Source: Octopus vulgaris (taxonomy: Eukaryota). Taken from it: a stretch of 64,000 nt of DNA. Made by a program: the position numbers and the translations under genes. This document shows, piece after piece, positions 28,973-41,309 of the stretch (position 1 is the stretch's first letter; every line of letters begins with the position of its first letter). The stretch covers positions 18,910,001 through 18,974,000 of the forward strand of contig OX597818.1 in NCBI GenBank assembly GCA_951406725.2. Reading direction: 5' to 3'. The notes beneath the pieces are model-generated. The model saw only the letters and a program-made list of their open reading frames with translations. It was not told the origin of the DNA and did no database searches.

Positions 28973-29427
28973 TTTTGCACAAAGCCAAGAATTTAAGAGA
29001 ATGGTGTAAGATCGATTACATCGATCCCTCTGCTTAACTGATACATATTTTATCGACTCCCTATGTGTTTTCAGTGTATTTAGTTTTGTCTTCTGCGTAT
29101 ATACCGGGATACACAGTTGCCTTTTAAATAGATAAATCACGTGATGGATTTGTAGTGCAGCAACTGGCACATTAATCGTCCAACGACTAATGTGCCGTTG
29201 TCTTGCATAAGCAATGATATGACTGGAGCTGTTGAACAACAAAAGCAACAATGGTGATATAATGACAAGATCAACAAAGAACAAAGGTTTGCAATATTGC
29301 TGTTATGAAACCATAAACAATTGCGTTTAATTAATCGTTATCTTCGACAAAGGTAACAATAGCAACAACTTCGACGACAATTTTCACAAAGAACAAGACC
29401 AACAATTTTGAGTGGCTGTGTAGTAAC

Positions 29428-29660
29428 AAGGCGGTGAGCTGGCAGAAACGTTAGCACACAGGGCAAAATGCTTAGTGGTATTTCGTCAGTTGCTACGTTC
29501 AGAGTTCAAATTCCGCCGAGGTCGACTTTGCCTTTCATCCTTTCGGCGTCGATTAAATAAGTACCAGTTACGCACTGGGGTCGATAAATTCGACTTAATA
29601 TGTTTCTCTGTCCTTGTTTGTCCCCTCTGTGTGTAGCCCCTTGTGGGCAGTAAGGAAATA
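29428..29660 (+). mobile_element. SINE family B inserted into the head of a family A copy (29410-29800)
   Basis: The A head GAGTGGCTGTGTAGTAA precedes the insertion and GAAGCTTGCTTCCC resumes at ~29662. Confidence 0.85.
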
Positions 29661-29811
29661 TGAAGCTTGCTTCCCAGTCACATGGTTCTAGGTCCATTCC
29701 TATTGCATGGTACCTTGGGCAAGTTTCCTCTACTATAGTCTCGGGCCGACCGAAACCTTTGTGGGTGAATATGGTAGATGGAAAATGAAGGGAGCCCATC
29801 ATATATATATA

Positions 29812-29971
29812 GGGGAGAATTCACAGAAAAAAAAACAAAAGACGAAGACAATAAACAGATGTATTAGTTTAACACTCAGGAAATGAAGAAGTCTTTAACG
29901 TTTCGAGTCTACGCTCTTCCACAGAAAGGAATACAGAAAGAAACAAGGAGAGAAAATAAAGAATGTGTAGT

Positions 29972-29974
<3 letters not shown>
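29812..29974 (-). mobile_element. Short element with minimal hammerhead-like motif (subfamily 2)
   Basis: Minus strand of 29893-29928 reads CTTT-CTGTGGA-A-GAGC-GTAG-ACTC-GAAAC-GTT-AAAG; homologous to 33255-33400 and 56644-56822; sits in (TA)n. Confidence 0.55.
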
Positions 29975-30046
<72 letters not shown>

Positions 30047-30060
30047 CATACATACACACA

Positions 30061-30282
30061 CGAGGGGTACTGAAAAAGAAGTTTCTGGCTTAAGCGTATC
30101 GTAAAAAGAGGCATGTTTGGAGACCCAACATCCCGAGTTGTTTTATAGAAGGAGCATAAACTGAAGGGCCATTGCAAAAAATGTCTGAATTTGAGACAGG
30201 AATATGTTGAATAAAAATTACAATTAACTGATCCTCCGGTATTTTCTTTGGCCCAAAGTTTGGACTTTTCAGCACCCCATCG
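30061..30282. mobile_element. Tc1/mariner-type MITE
   Basis: Inverted termini CGAGGGGTACTGAAAAAG / CTTTTCAGCACCCCATCG; TA TSD obscured by microsatellite. Confidence 0.6.
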
Positions 30283-30309
30283 TGTGTGTATGTATGTTTG
30301 TACAGACAC

Positions 30310-30384
<75 letters not shown>

Positions 30385-31168
30385 TAGCATACATTTTACG
30401 TCCACCAAATCTACTCGCAATGTTTTGTGCAGAGCGGGGTTATACTAGAGGACACTTGGTCAATGTAGAACGTAGTGAGACTAAGTCCGAAACTATCAGG
30501 TTGGGAAGCAAGCTTAAGCAAGTTTGAGTGTTGAGCTGAAATCATTGACTTTAACTACGGAACGCAATTGAAGAGAGAAATCAACATTTTTGACATAATT
30601 GAAATAAGCTTTATGAGTGCTGAGTTGTAAACATGCTTATCTGTGTAACGAAATCAATTTTTTTTACGGAATGAAACAATATCATTAAAGATCAATAACT
30701 AAATTTCTACATCAAAAAACTAAAACTAAAAATATAAATATTTATAAATTCTGGAGTTTCCGCTTGTCCCGTTCGCAGTAATTGTTATATAATTTGATGC
30801 AATTGACTTTTACAAAAGAGCTGACGGCGAAATGAGATAGCTATTTAGTCAAAGTCATTTTCATCAAATTAAAAAATATGTAAACTTTACAAGTGCTTTT
30901 GTTTTTGTATTGACTATTATTTTTTTCTGTTATTGAAAATGGCAACATCTGTTTTTAACAGCAGATAAAACCAAGCCTCATACTAATTACTAGTACAGTT
31001 TAGTGCATATTTGTTAATTGCACCAGTAAAATACTAAATACAGCGAATTCAAAATTGTAAAACAAAAGATATTTTAAAGAACTTTGGCGGCTTTTATCAT
31101 TACTGTATATTTGTACTATGTATGTATGTATGTATGTATGTATGTATGTATGTATGTATGTATGTATG

Positions 31169-31221
<53 letters not shown>

Positions 31222-31230
31222 TGAAGTATA

Positions 31231-31597
31231 TAGCCATATTTAAATGGCAAATATACATCACGATGTGTTGCAGCTACTGTTTATACCTCGTTTACGCTTT
31301 TACGATATCAGCGACTTTTCGTTACCGGAAAAAGGATATATATTTGCAAAGGGAGGCCTTACACGCTGATGACGGGTCAATATCCAGAAACTCAAGTCCG
31401 TGTGTATCATAGGTTGAAGACGGGAAGGATGGCTTCCCTTTGAAAATACTGATAGGGCACAGAAAGTTTGTCAATAGCCAGCTGGAGGAGGTGTCCTCCT
31501 GGGGCTACAAGTTACAGTAGCATCCACCCTTAGGGGCTAGCCATATTTAAATGCCAAAAATACTTCACGATGTGTTGCAGCTACTGTTTATAGCTCG
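31231..31597 (+). mobile_element. Retrozyme-like 307-bp unit with 60-bp terminal direct repeat
   Basis: 31231-31290 matches 31538-31597 (56/60 identical, period 307); contains a type I HHR; lies between (TA)n tracts. Confidence 0.6.
31361..31403 (+). ncRNA. Type I hammerhead ribozyme
   Basis: Stem I ACACG/CGTGT; core CTGATGA; stem II GGGT-CAAT-ATCC; GAAA; short stem III ACT-CA-AGT; GUC cleavage triplet with predicted cut after 31398. Confidence 0.75.
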
Positions 31598-31663
31598 CTC
31601 AGAGATTTATTATTACTTATATATATATATAGTCAATTCAAATAAACGAATAAAATTTATGTA

Positions 31664-31822
31664 CAAGAGGGTGTGCTGAGGAAATGGATTGGCTTGGCAC
31701 TCGGTGAAAAGAGAGAGTTTGACGTTTCGAGCATAGCTCTTCGTCGATAGAGAGAAAGGGAGAAGTCCCAAGATAGGAAAGAAATCGCCAACAGCACGTC
31801 TCTAGTTACATTGCTAAAGTGA
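31664..31822 (-). mobile_element. Short element with degenerate minimal hammerhead (subfamily 1)
   Basis: Minus strand of 31717-31751 reads TCGACGA-A-GAGC-TAT-GCTC-GAAAC-GTC-AAAC; shares GTTGGCGATTT with the 26011 copy. Confidence 0.5.
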
Positions 31823-32366
31823 TCGGAAGTAGAAAGATATACAGAAAGTGTTCTTTGGGACAAGAGCGTGCAAAGATGGTCAGTATGTGTGTATATGTGT
31901 GTATGTGTGTGTATGTGTGTTTAGTATTTGTATGCGTGCGTGTTTGCGTGAATAGTATGTGCTTGTGTGTATGTGTGTTGTGTGTGGTAGTATCTGTGTG
32001 CCTGTCTGTTTACATGTGTGCGTATATTCGGAGTGGGAATGTATGTGTGTGTATGTGCGTATGAGTGTGCGTGTGTCTATATATATGTGCGTCTGCACGT
32101 GTGTAGGTGTGTGTGTCTGTATGAGCATGTGTGTGTATAGATGTGCATATAAGTGTGTGTCAGTTTGTGAGTGTGGAAATATATGTACGTGCGTGTGTGT
32201 GTGTGTGTGTGTGTGTATGTATACATGAGAGAGAGAGGTGACGTGGCGCGTGTGTGGGTGTGTCGTTGTAACCATGCGTGTGTGTTTTTGTGGGTTCGCA
32301 CATGAGCGTGTTTCTGGGCGTACGTATGTGGGTACGTTTGTGTGTGCAAGTGTGTGTATATGTATA

Positions 32367-32597
32367 TATTTCTTTATTGCCCACAAGGGGCTAAACATAG
32401 AGGGGACAAACAAGGACAGACAAAAGGATTAAGTCGATTACATCGACCCCAGTACGAAACTGGTACTTTATTTATCGACCCCGAAAGGATGAAATGTAAA
32501 GTCGGCCTCGGCGGAATTTGAACTCAGAACGTAACGACAGACGAAATACCGCTAAGCATTTCGCCCGGCGCGCTAACGAGTCTGCCAACGCCGCCTT
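32367..32597 (-). mobile_element. SINE family B, near-consensus full-length copy
   Basis: Head, B box GAGTTCAAATTCC, Meta-like core and tail TTAGCCCCTTGTGGGCAATAAAGAAATA. A similar plus-strand copy is at 34646-34880. Confidence 0.9.
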
Positions 32598-33254
32598 TGT
32601 ATGTGTATATGTATATGTGCGTATGTGTATATGTATATGTGTGTGTATATGTATATGTGCGTATGAAGTATGCGAGAGTATGTATATGAATGGTGTGAAG
32701 AGAACTTTTGCGTGGGTTGGAATTTGAATCAAGAATAACGCAAATACTTTTTTTATTGGACCATTCTTTGATGATATGTAAGAAGTTCGGGTTTAGAGAG
32801 ACGGAAGCAGCATCAATTATTAATATATTTTTTACACCTTCAAACCCCAACAAGATAACATAAGGTAATGCTAAAGAGTTAATTCCTCACTCATTAGCCA
32901 ACCTCGAGTTCTACTTGACTTCACTCTCCAATGAAAGAGAACAAGAACTGTTTAATTTTGGCTTCGATAAACTAATTTTCATTTTGATGTTAAACAGCGG
33001 TTGGAAATCCTTTATTACAATAAGTAATTGCAGGAAAGTTAATACATTTATTGTAACGAAACGTAGTCTTAAGATTCACATGGGGATGCATTCAAAACTA
33101 ATATATATACATACATAATATACAAACGTACACATACTTTATCTATATACATACACACACACACACACACATATAAACATTCATCCGTACATACATACGT
33201 ACATGCATACATACATACACACAGACACACACACATACATACATATGTAGGTCA

Positions 33255-33400
33255 AATTTACAGGAAACAAAAGACGAAGGTAGATGAAGGAATAACAATC
33301 ACGTGTATTAGATTAACACCCGGGAAGAATGGAAAAGTCTTTGACGTTTCGAACCTACGCTCTTCGGCAGAAAGGATTAAGAGGAAATATTTGAGGGTGA
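33255..33400 (-). mobile_element. Short element with minimal hammerhead-like motif (subfamily 2)
   Basis: Minus strand of 33339-33374 reads CTTT-CTGCCGA-A-GAGC-GTAG-GTTC-GAAAC-GTC-AAAG. Confidence 0.55.
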
Positions 33401-33508
33401 ATAAAAAATAAATGTATAGAGGTAGAACATCGAATAACAGAATTATCAAAAAAGAAGCAAACACATGATGTACTATGGGGGTGGCTTTATTATCACCCAA
33501 GCGTCAAG

Positions 33509-33625
33509 CGAGTCAAACAAGGAGTTACCATATCAACGAAACTCTTCACAACGTGTTTCGGAATGGTCATCGGAGAAAACTATTGGGGCGGCGGCATCCA
33601 AATCAATGGCGAACTGCTCACCCAT
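33509..33625 (+). pseudogene. RTE-clade LINE reverse-transcriptase fragment
   Basis: Translates RVKQGVTISTKLFTTCFGMVIGENYWGGGIQINGELLTH, matching RTE GVRQGDTISPKLF...GININGExLxH. Confidence 0.7.
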
Positions 33626-34001
33626 ATATACATATATATACATACATGCATACATACTAATATACATGTATATATATATATACATACATGCATACATACT
33701 AATATACATGTATATATGTACACATACATACTAATACATATATATATAAGTTTATAAATACCTATGTAATGTATATATGTGTAAACGCGTGTATATGTGT
33801 GATTGAGTGTGTGTGCTGGTGATCGTTGTGCGTATGTAAGCATGTATGAATGTATGTATGCATGCATGTATGTATGTATGCACGCCTGTGTGTATCCATG
33901 CATGCAAGCATGTATGAATGTATATATGTGGTGCTTGAGTGTACAGTGAAGAGCCCCTGAAAAATCAAATCCAACTCTCTGTATATATTGATATATTGTG
34001 A

Positions 34002-34056
<55 letters not shown>

Positions 34057-36689
34057 TACGTGCGTGTACGTGCGTGTGCGTCTGCACGCGTGATTTTTTT
34101 TTTCTATCTTCGGGTACGAACGTTCTTAAAAATAAATACTGAGGTCTACACGTTCGGCTAAACACATTAAGGCTGTGTCTTAGTATGTCCAAAATTCAAT
34201 GACTGAAACAAATAAAAGAATAAACGTTTAAAATAATATCACTAGTTGTTTCTTTGCCTTAAGACAAGGCAGGTTCCGGGTATATCTTCGATACGTATTT
34301 GATCACCCTCAGCCGGACAATAAGACACAGTAGAAAGCAGCAGGATTTGATTTCTGAAAGTTGGGAAAGGTGTATGGCATGCTATCGTTTTTGTCACTCC
34401 ACATCGCAGTTCATCAATAGAAACACTAATGAGACTGGCTAAATTCTTCACCGTATGTATACATGCCTTCTCAGGTTCTTAGTTGAAACCTTGACAGTTT
34501 AGACTTTGGCCTTCATATCTCTGGTACTGTAATAATAACGTAATGAGGTCGACTTTATTGATTGTATCCGGTTTCTTTACAAAATAGTCAAATGTGTCAA
34601 GAATCAATAATTGAGGTTGTTGGATTAACGGGAACGGTAAATAGACGGCGGCGAACTGGCAGAAACGTTAGCGCGCCCACCCGCCGAAATGCTTGGCTGT
34701 ATTTCGCCTGCTGTTACGTTCTGAGTTCAAATTCAACCGAGGTCGATTTTGCCTTTCATTCTTTCGGGGTCGATTAATTACCAGTTACGTCCTGAGGTCG
34801 ATGTAATCGACTTAATCTCTTTGTCTGTCCTTGTTTGTCTCCTCTATGTTTAGCCCCTTGTGGGCAATAAAAAAATAAGAAACGGTAAAGGAACGGCAAA
34901 ACTGTCTCGAGGTACTCATTATCGTTGTGTTTTTTTTTTTTTCTGTGTTCCAGTTTCAAGTCTCACTGAGGTTGACTTTGCTTTTCATCTATGCTTGCTC
35001 GATAAAATAAAGCGCCAGTTTATTATTGGTTCGATTTTATCAGTTATACTCATCCGTCACATTTGAGCCTCTTCACCTATGTAAGAAACCAATAACGTAA
35101 TGTAATATAACACTAAATAGTATAATATATAATTTAATATAATGTAATGTAATATAGTACAATACAACAATGTAATATAACAAAATACCATTGAAAGAAG
35201 CATGAGAAAACAAAACACTAAAATATAATGTGCATAATTGCTTGCATGCCTTTTCACTTAATGGCGGATCGTTCAACACAACAAATGTCGGTCGCTCAGA
35301 GACAAGATTCTTTTCTTTGATATTTAGAAAACAATGAATTTAGAGTGTGTTATTGTTGCCTTTGACAACCATACCTTGTTGAAGAGAAATCTGACGTCGT
35401 GATCGTCGTTCTAAATTTTTAAATATCGTTGTTGCTGTTGTTGTTTTTTTTTCTCTATTTTTTTCTCCTTTTTCGCTTGGATATCATAATGTTGTTTCTT
35501 TGGCATTTATCGAAGAAAACATCCAATTAACTATTACTATAACAAGCTAATGTGAACGACAAAATTATAGTGAAGAATATCCGTCTAAACTTTGATGAAC
35601 AGCTTTGTGTGTTGTGTACTGTATAATCAACACCAAACGTGCTCTCAGCAATTATTTAGTTTTGCAGCAACCAAGACGACTGAGAAAAGAAGAATAAATT
35701 CATCACAATATGTCGACAAAAAAGACGGTATTTGAAGGTTTATTTAATTTTTATTTTTTAACATTTCAAAGCGAAAAATCGCCTTATATGCCATGTATGA
35801 AAATGTGAGCATTTGGATAAATGGAATCATGCAAGAATACAGTCTGCCGACAAAACCTCGACAGGATGTCTGTAATAAATATGAATTGAATACACTATAA
35901 TATCCATGAAACCAAGAGAGACTATATGTCACCTCCAGACATATTAGCAATAGCAGCCAAGTCTCGTAAAATCCTATTCTACCAACTGAAGCAAAAAGTA
36001 AGACGGGTTGTATATTACGCTTTCATCCTTTCGGGGTCGATAAATTAAGTACCAGTTGCGTACTGGGATCGATCTAATCGACTGACTCCTCTTGTGCTTA
36101 GAGTAGAAAAGAAAGAATATACAAAGCCTCAGAAGCACTATAACTGTAGAAAAGATAGAATACTCACGGCTGGAAATCCTTTGATTTTGGGTTTGCTCTA
36201 TGAGAATTGATTAATAATTACAGAAGAAAGTAATGTTTTCGATTTATAGTAGAATGAATCTATGTGGGACTCATACATTTTAATTTCATTTATTTTATCT
36301 TGGATCATTCTTCTCGGAATATCATTAGATGCACCAGTAATGAAATGGCATACTTGTATAAATAGAAAAACAAAAGGTTTACAGGCTAATAACAATTGAA
36401 AACACTACCACATATTCAACGGTTGTTAGTGCTAACAATCTAAAACATTACCACTTATTTACTGGTATTTTGTACTATCAGCACTTTTAAAAACTAAAAC
36501 TTCTTCAGTTGCTGTTGAGATACCAACAAACTTGTAACGACGAAGTTGGAAAGTTTAGAAATTTTGAAAACAAAATAAATTAAATTAAATTTCATAAACA
36601 CATAAGCACGATGCGCTGAATTGTCTTTGCGCAGAACTGTCCTCATACTGAATTGTCACACGCGAAATTGTCGGGGTGCCCTCAGAATC

Positions 36690-37354
36690 TTAAGCCTGGT
36701 CTAAGTTTTACATAGGTTTTACAGGAACATTTCAAAAGCCTTTTTTGATATAATAAACCTTATATATTTATCTTCAGGAGTATTCCTTTTATGGATTGCA
36801 ATGTTTAAATGTTTGGTCTCTACTTTATGCCTCATAGGCAGATAACATTGTGATGATATTTTCGCATATCTGCATATGAAGCAAGTTGCATCTCTGGTGT
36901 TACTTCTACAGAATCTGCATCTCTTGAAACATTTAGGTGTTTCACAGGAAATCCTTCCTTGTATTTAACTTCGGGTCAATGGCCCTGGTCGAAATCATGT
37001 TGTCTGTTGCTTTCACGATTCTCTTTGAAACTTTAACAAATCGAAGGTCTTCTAGTATCCACAACTGGGAAATAGAATCGAATGTTTTCCTTGTATTCTA
37101 GCCTGGCTGTAACTAAATTTCCCCTGTTCTGTCGAATCTCTGGTATCACAGGTGACTATGAATCTGCACCCAGTAGGAAGGGTACCGGCAGGCGTCCTGA
37201 CTGCCTTCGCACATCGTCGTTCGACTTCACATCCTTGAACAGAACCTTAAACTCGGTTTAGACGGCTCTGTGAAGCTGTTGGATACTGTAGTCAATATCT
37301 GGTTGGAAGACCATATATGTGTAACTAACCTTCTCCTATTCTGTCGAATCTCTG
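36690..37354 (-). mobile_element. Possible decayed piggyBac-like transposon 3' end
   Basis: Minus strand shows RFDRTG and KRCRFCRSNTRDATCFIC (CRD-like) and ends ...CCAGGC-TTAA. Internal 34-bp duplication at 37109-37142 / 37321-37354. Confidence 0.3.
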
Positions 37355-38810
37355 ATATTATAATGTGTGCGTGTGTGTGTTTGTGTGCGTGCGCACGTGC
37401 ATGTGCGTGTGAGTGTGTGTGTGTGTGTGTGTGTGTTTGTGTCAGTGTGTCGTTTATGTATTTTAACGGAATAGGAAATCAAAGTACAAAAACGAAATCA
37501 ACAAAACCTCTGATAAAATATTCAAAGTATTAAATATGTCTGAGTACAAAAAGATATTTTGAAGCTATTATAAATGATTGTTAAACCAAGCGGTCGTCTT
37601 ATACGCCCCATGTAACATCTGATCCATTAAAATCGATCATGACAAACATCAATGGGTGGTCTATTTCTTACTGTAATCTATTATCAAAGTCAATGACTCA
37701 GATGCGTTGAATGTACAAGATTATCTTAGTGGAGAAACCTTCGCTGACGTGATCTCATATATCACAATACATTAACACTGAAGACTGTTATATAAACCAT
37801 TTTACTTACACAAACCGTCTCACAGATAGTCACGTCACCAAAGAAGAGTCTACATCGACTTGGTCGCTTGATCTGCTAGACATAGCAGTCACCCCCCCCC
37901 AATCACTCTAACAGCAAAAGCCCTCAATGTCAGGGAAGGCTAGATGGTCGTGGTTGTAACATCTTTGATCATAGGTCTGCTCAGTTAGTACTGATCAGGT
38001 AATAAACAACAAGTACAACCAACAACAACAATATCCTTTATGACAATGTATGTCAAATAAGTGATATAATTCTACGTCTATTTTATTAATCTTTTTTGTA
38101 ATTCAGCTCCGATCAAAACTTATCTATGAACAAAAGTGTTTTAGCCATCTCGTCTTTTTTTTTTCAGACATAATATATCCCCAGAGCTATATCAAGCAAT
38201 ATTTAGTTACATTTTTAAGACATCCCAGGCATAATATTTCCCCAGAACTATATGAAGAAATATTTAATTACATTTTTAAGACAACCAGGTTTGACAAGAA
38301 TGATATTAGAGTGATGAACCAGGGCTAGTTTTAGCCGTGAAGAAACCGTTTAAATGTTCTTTTGTTGATTTGGATGTACGGAAATAAAAGTAATGTGTTA
38401 ATAGCTCAGAGGAAAGTGGCGGTTTTTATCTTGGGACATAATCCCAAGGAACGCACTTTACAACCTGGTATGCTCGATTTGAGAGCAATAGAAAGGGGAA
38501 ATTTTTCAGAGCGTCTATTCACTATAGATGCGATAACAGAACAGGGTTGACAACTCTACTCTAACGCAAACAAAATGTACTGAATATGTGTTCAATCCAT
38601 ATAACTCAATATGGGACGATATGGAGCGATATGGGACGGTGCTGGCTTACGACTGAAAGAAGAGACAAACAGATAAATAAATGGGCAAACATCTCCTCCA
38701 AGGAGTTTGTATTAATCCGTCCAATATGCGGTGGTGAGTAACGAAGATGACTGCAAGCAATGTGTGAACTGAGTCGACATGAATTTTTTTCTGCGCTTGT
38801 GAGATGAAGA

Positions 38811-38882
<72 letters not shown>

Positions 38883-38884
<2 letters not shown>

Positions 38885-39105
38885 GGTGGCTAGAAGGTGG
38901 TAGGTGGCAGAACCGTTAGCACGCCGGACAAAATAATTAACGGAATTTCTTCCGGTTTTGCGTTCTAATTTCAAAGTTTGCTAAGGCCGATATTGTCGTT
39001 AATCCTTTCGTATCGATAAAATAAAGTACCAATCAATCACTCAGATCATTGTAATCGACTGCTCCTCCAACAAATTTCAAGGCTTGTGCCTATATTAGAA
39101 AAGGC
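38883..39105 (+). mobile_element. SINE family B directly after (ATT)n
   Basis: Homology to B consensus. Confidence 0.75.
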
Positions 39106-39699
39106 CATCATACACTGATATATTCAGAACCATGTCCTAATTTTTTTAATGTCATAAAATTTCGAGCCTTCTTCGGGTTCCTATCGCATTTGAATTTCGA
39201 ACTGAATCATTTATTAAATTCACGGCGGTAGATTTTTCTTCCGTCGACCATACTTGGGGTATTCTCCCACTAGTTTTTTTTTTTGGTGGCGGGGTCACTT
39301 GCTTGTTCCATATATATATAGATATCATTTACCTGACAAAGATATTGAAAGGAAGAAAATAATAAACTAGCTTTTGAGGGTGTGCGAATAACTTGAGCAG
39401 ATAGTAAATTCACAAAATTCGTGTATCGGCAGCCTACATCCGACAAAGAAAACTTAAACTTTGATTCCCGCCATTTATATTGCCTTAAAGATGGGATCGT
39501 CCACAACGAGCAAACACATAAGTGATGACTCAGACACATTCAAGCTTGATATGATAAAGTTTAGAACAGGCATGGGTCATCATTAACAAGCAAACCTTAC
39601 TACTAAAAATCTTTCAGGGTTCCATTCAGAAAGTGTTGTGAGCCGGCACGTACGAATGAAATATGCTGGGTATTCCAATATGACATTTGCCTTCATATA

Positions 39700-41309
39700 A
39701 ATAAAATTTACAGGGTTTTTTTTTCTGAGAAAGTGATGCTGTTATAGTGGATCAGTCTGTTGAAGAAACTCTATGACTTTATCGAAAAGTGCCACAAAAC
39801 GTCCGTGACAACTTCCTATTGATAGCCAGCGTACATCTATCGAATACAACAGACGGTCGAACATTTCATCTTTACAAGCTTCTTGAAAATGCCTGTCTTG
39901 ATGAGCAGATCTTTTGATTTTTTTTTTTTTTTTACTGCGGTAGCAATTAAGTTTAGGGTTTCAGAAAATATTGTTTCTGGCTCTTCTTGCTATCATGTTT
40001 TCTCAATGGGAAACACAATGAATTGTGAAGATGGGATTAAATTCTATCCATCTGGCGACAAAACCCTTGGATTTGCCAATCATAGACGGTGCTACGTCAG
40101 TGCATATTGTTATGAGGTTGAGGGGATCAATGCCATTTTTAGAAAGATAATCCATGACTGCTTTGTAGATCGTCTCTCCTGTGTTTTTCAGTACGGTTTT
40201 CATAAAGAGTAGGTTTTCACAAACTGTGGTACTTTTCAAAAACAAGGACAACACATTTGTTGTCAAAAGTGCTGTCATCCACCGTCAACGAGAATCTGCA
40301 GTGTCGCAAGTCTTCTACAACTATGGATTCGACATCTTCGGTCATTTCACAAATGCGGGAAGATACAGTGTTGTTTGAAAGTGGAATACTTGTTAAACTG
40401 AGGCAGCGTTCGGCACATTAGCAACTTTATATGCTTCAAATATGGAGGGCCTAATCAGATCTTCGCCAATTGTATGTGGGCGACCCTGTTTTTCTATCAT
40501 GAGCGAAATGTTATAGAACGCCTGCAGACCAGAACGGTTGTTAGTATGGACGAAAGACATTTTTGAGCGATGAAGATGAGACATTTTTTTGCGATGGTAT
40601 TTGGCTTGCCAAATAAACCAGGATGGAATTTTTTGTAGATGATACAACAATTTCAAGGGTTTCATTGAGTCGTTAGTTAATACTTTTGAGAAGATAATAC
40701 ACAGTGGTAAAAAAAAGATCTTATACACTGGATACAAAACTATATTTGATATAATCTTCGTGATATCGTCTACAGAATCTTTTTTCCGCATTGGTGGGCG
40801 GAGAATTAAGGGGACGTTTTTCCATATCACTAACAGCAAAATTTCTACAGATTACAATTAGAGTAATGCTTGCGTAAAATTGTCTTTACCTAGAGAGATA
40901 ATACAATATGTTGGGTGAGCTGTAAGAACTGCGGTTTTGTTAGTAATCCTCAATTCAAAAGTCAGGTAGAAAACACGGTCGCGTTGACCAACCAAAAACA
41001 CAATTTTTGTGTGTTTTTAATGCGCGCAAACGTGGATCCGATTGTATGCGTCTGTACCTGTCTGGTACGCGTCCGTGTACGATTGGATAGCTAATCGTCT
41101 AATAGGCAATGAATGCACTCGTATGTACTCACGCATATGCGATGAGGCATATTTCGTTTGCTCGACATGTGCGTGTAGTACAGAAAAATTTTAATTCTTC
41201 AGGTGGGCCACAGAAGATTTTCCACAGGCCATCTGAATTTTCCTGTGAGCCACCTGGATTTTCCTGTGGACCACCTAATGGCCCACATGGACCAGGTTTG
41301 GAACCCCTG
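39700..41309 (-). mobile_element. Decayed hAT/Buster (ZBED5/SCAND3-like) DNA transposon
   Basis: Frameshifted transposase motifs: BED-like LCIIFSKVLTNDSMKPLKLLYHL, KQGRPHTIGEDLIRP, ICTDVAPSMIGKSKGFVA, IHCVSH and LLYSIDVRWLSIG. Terminal CAGGGGTTCCAAACC on the minus strand at 41295-41309, flanked by CTTTAGAT (central TA). The other end is uncertain (possibly 39567, after GTTTAGAA). Confidence 0.85.
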
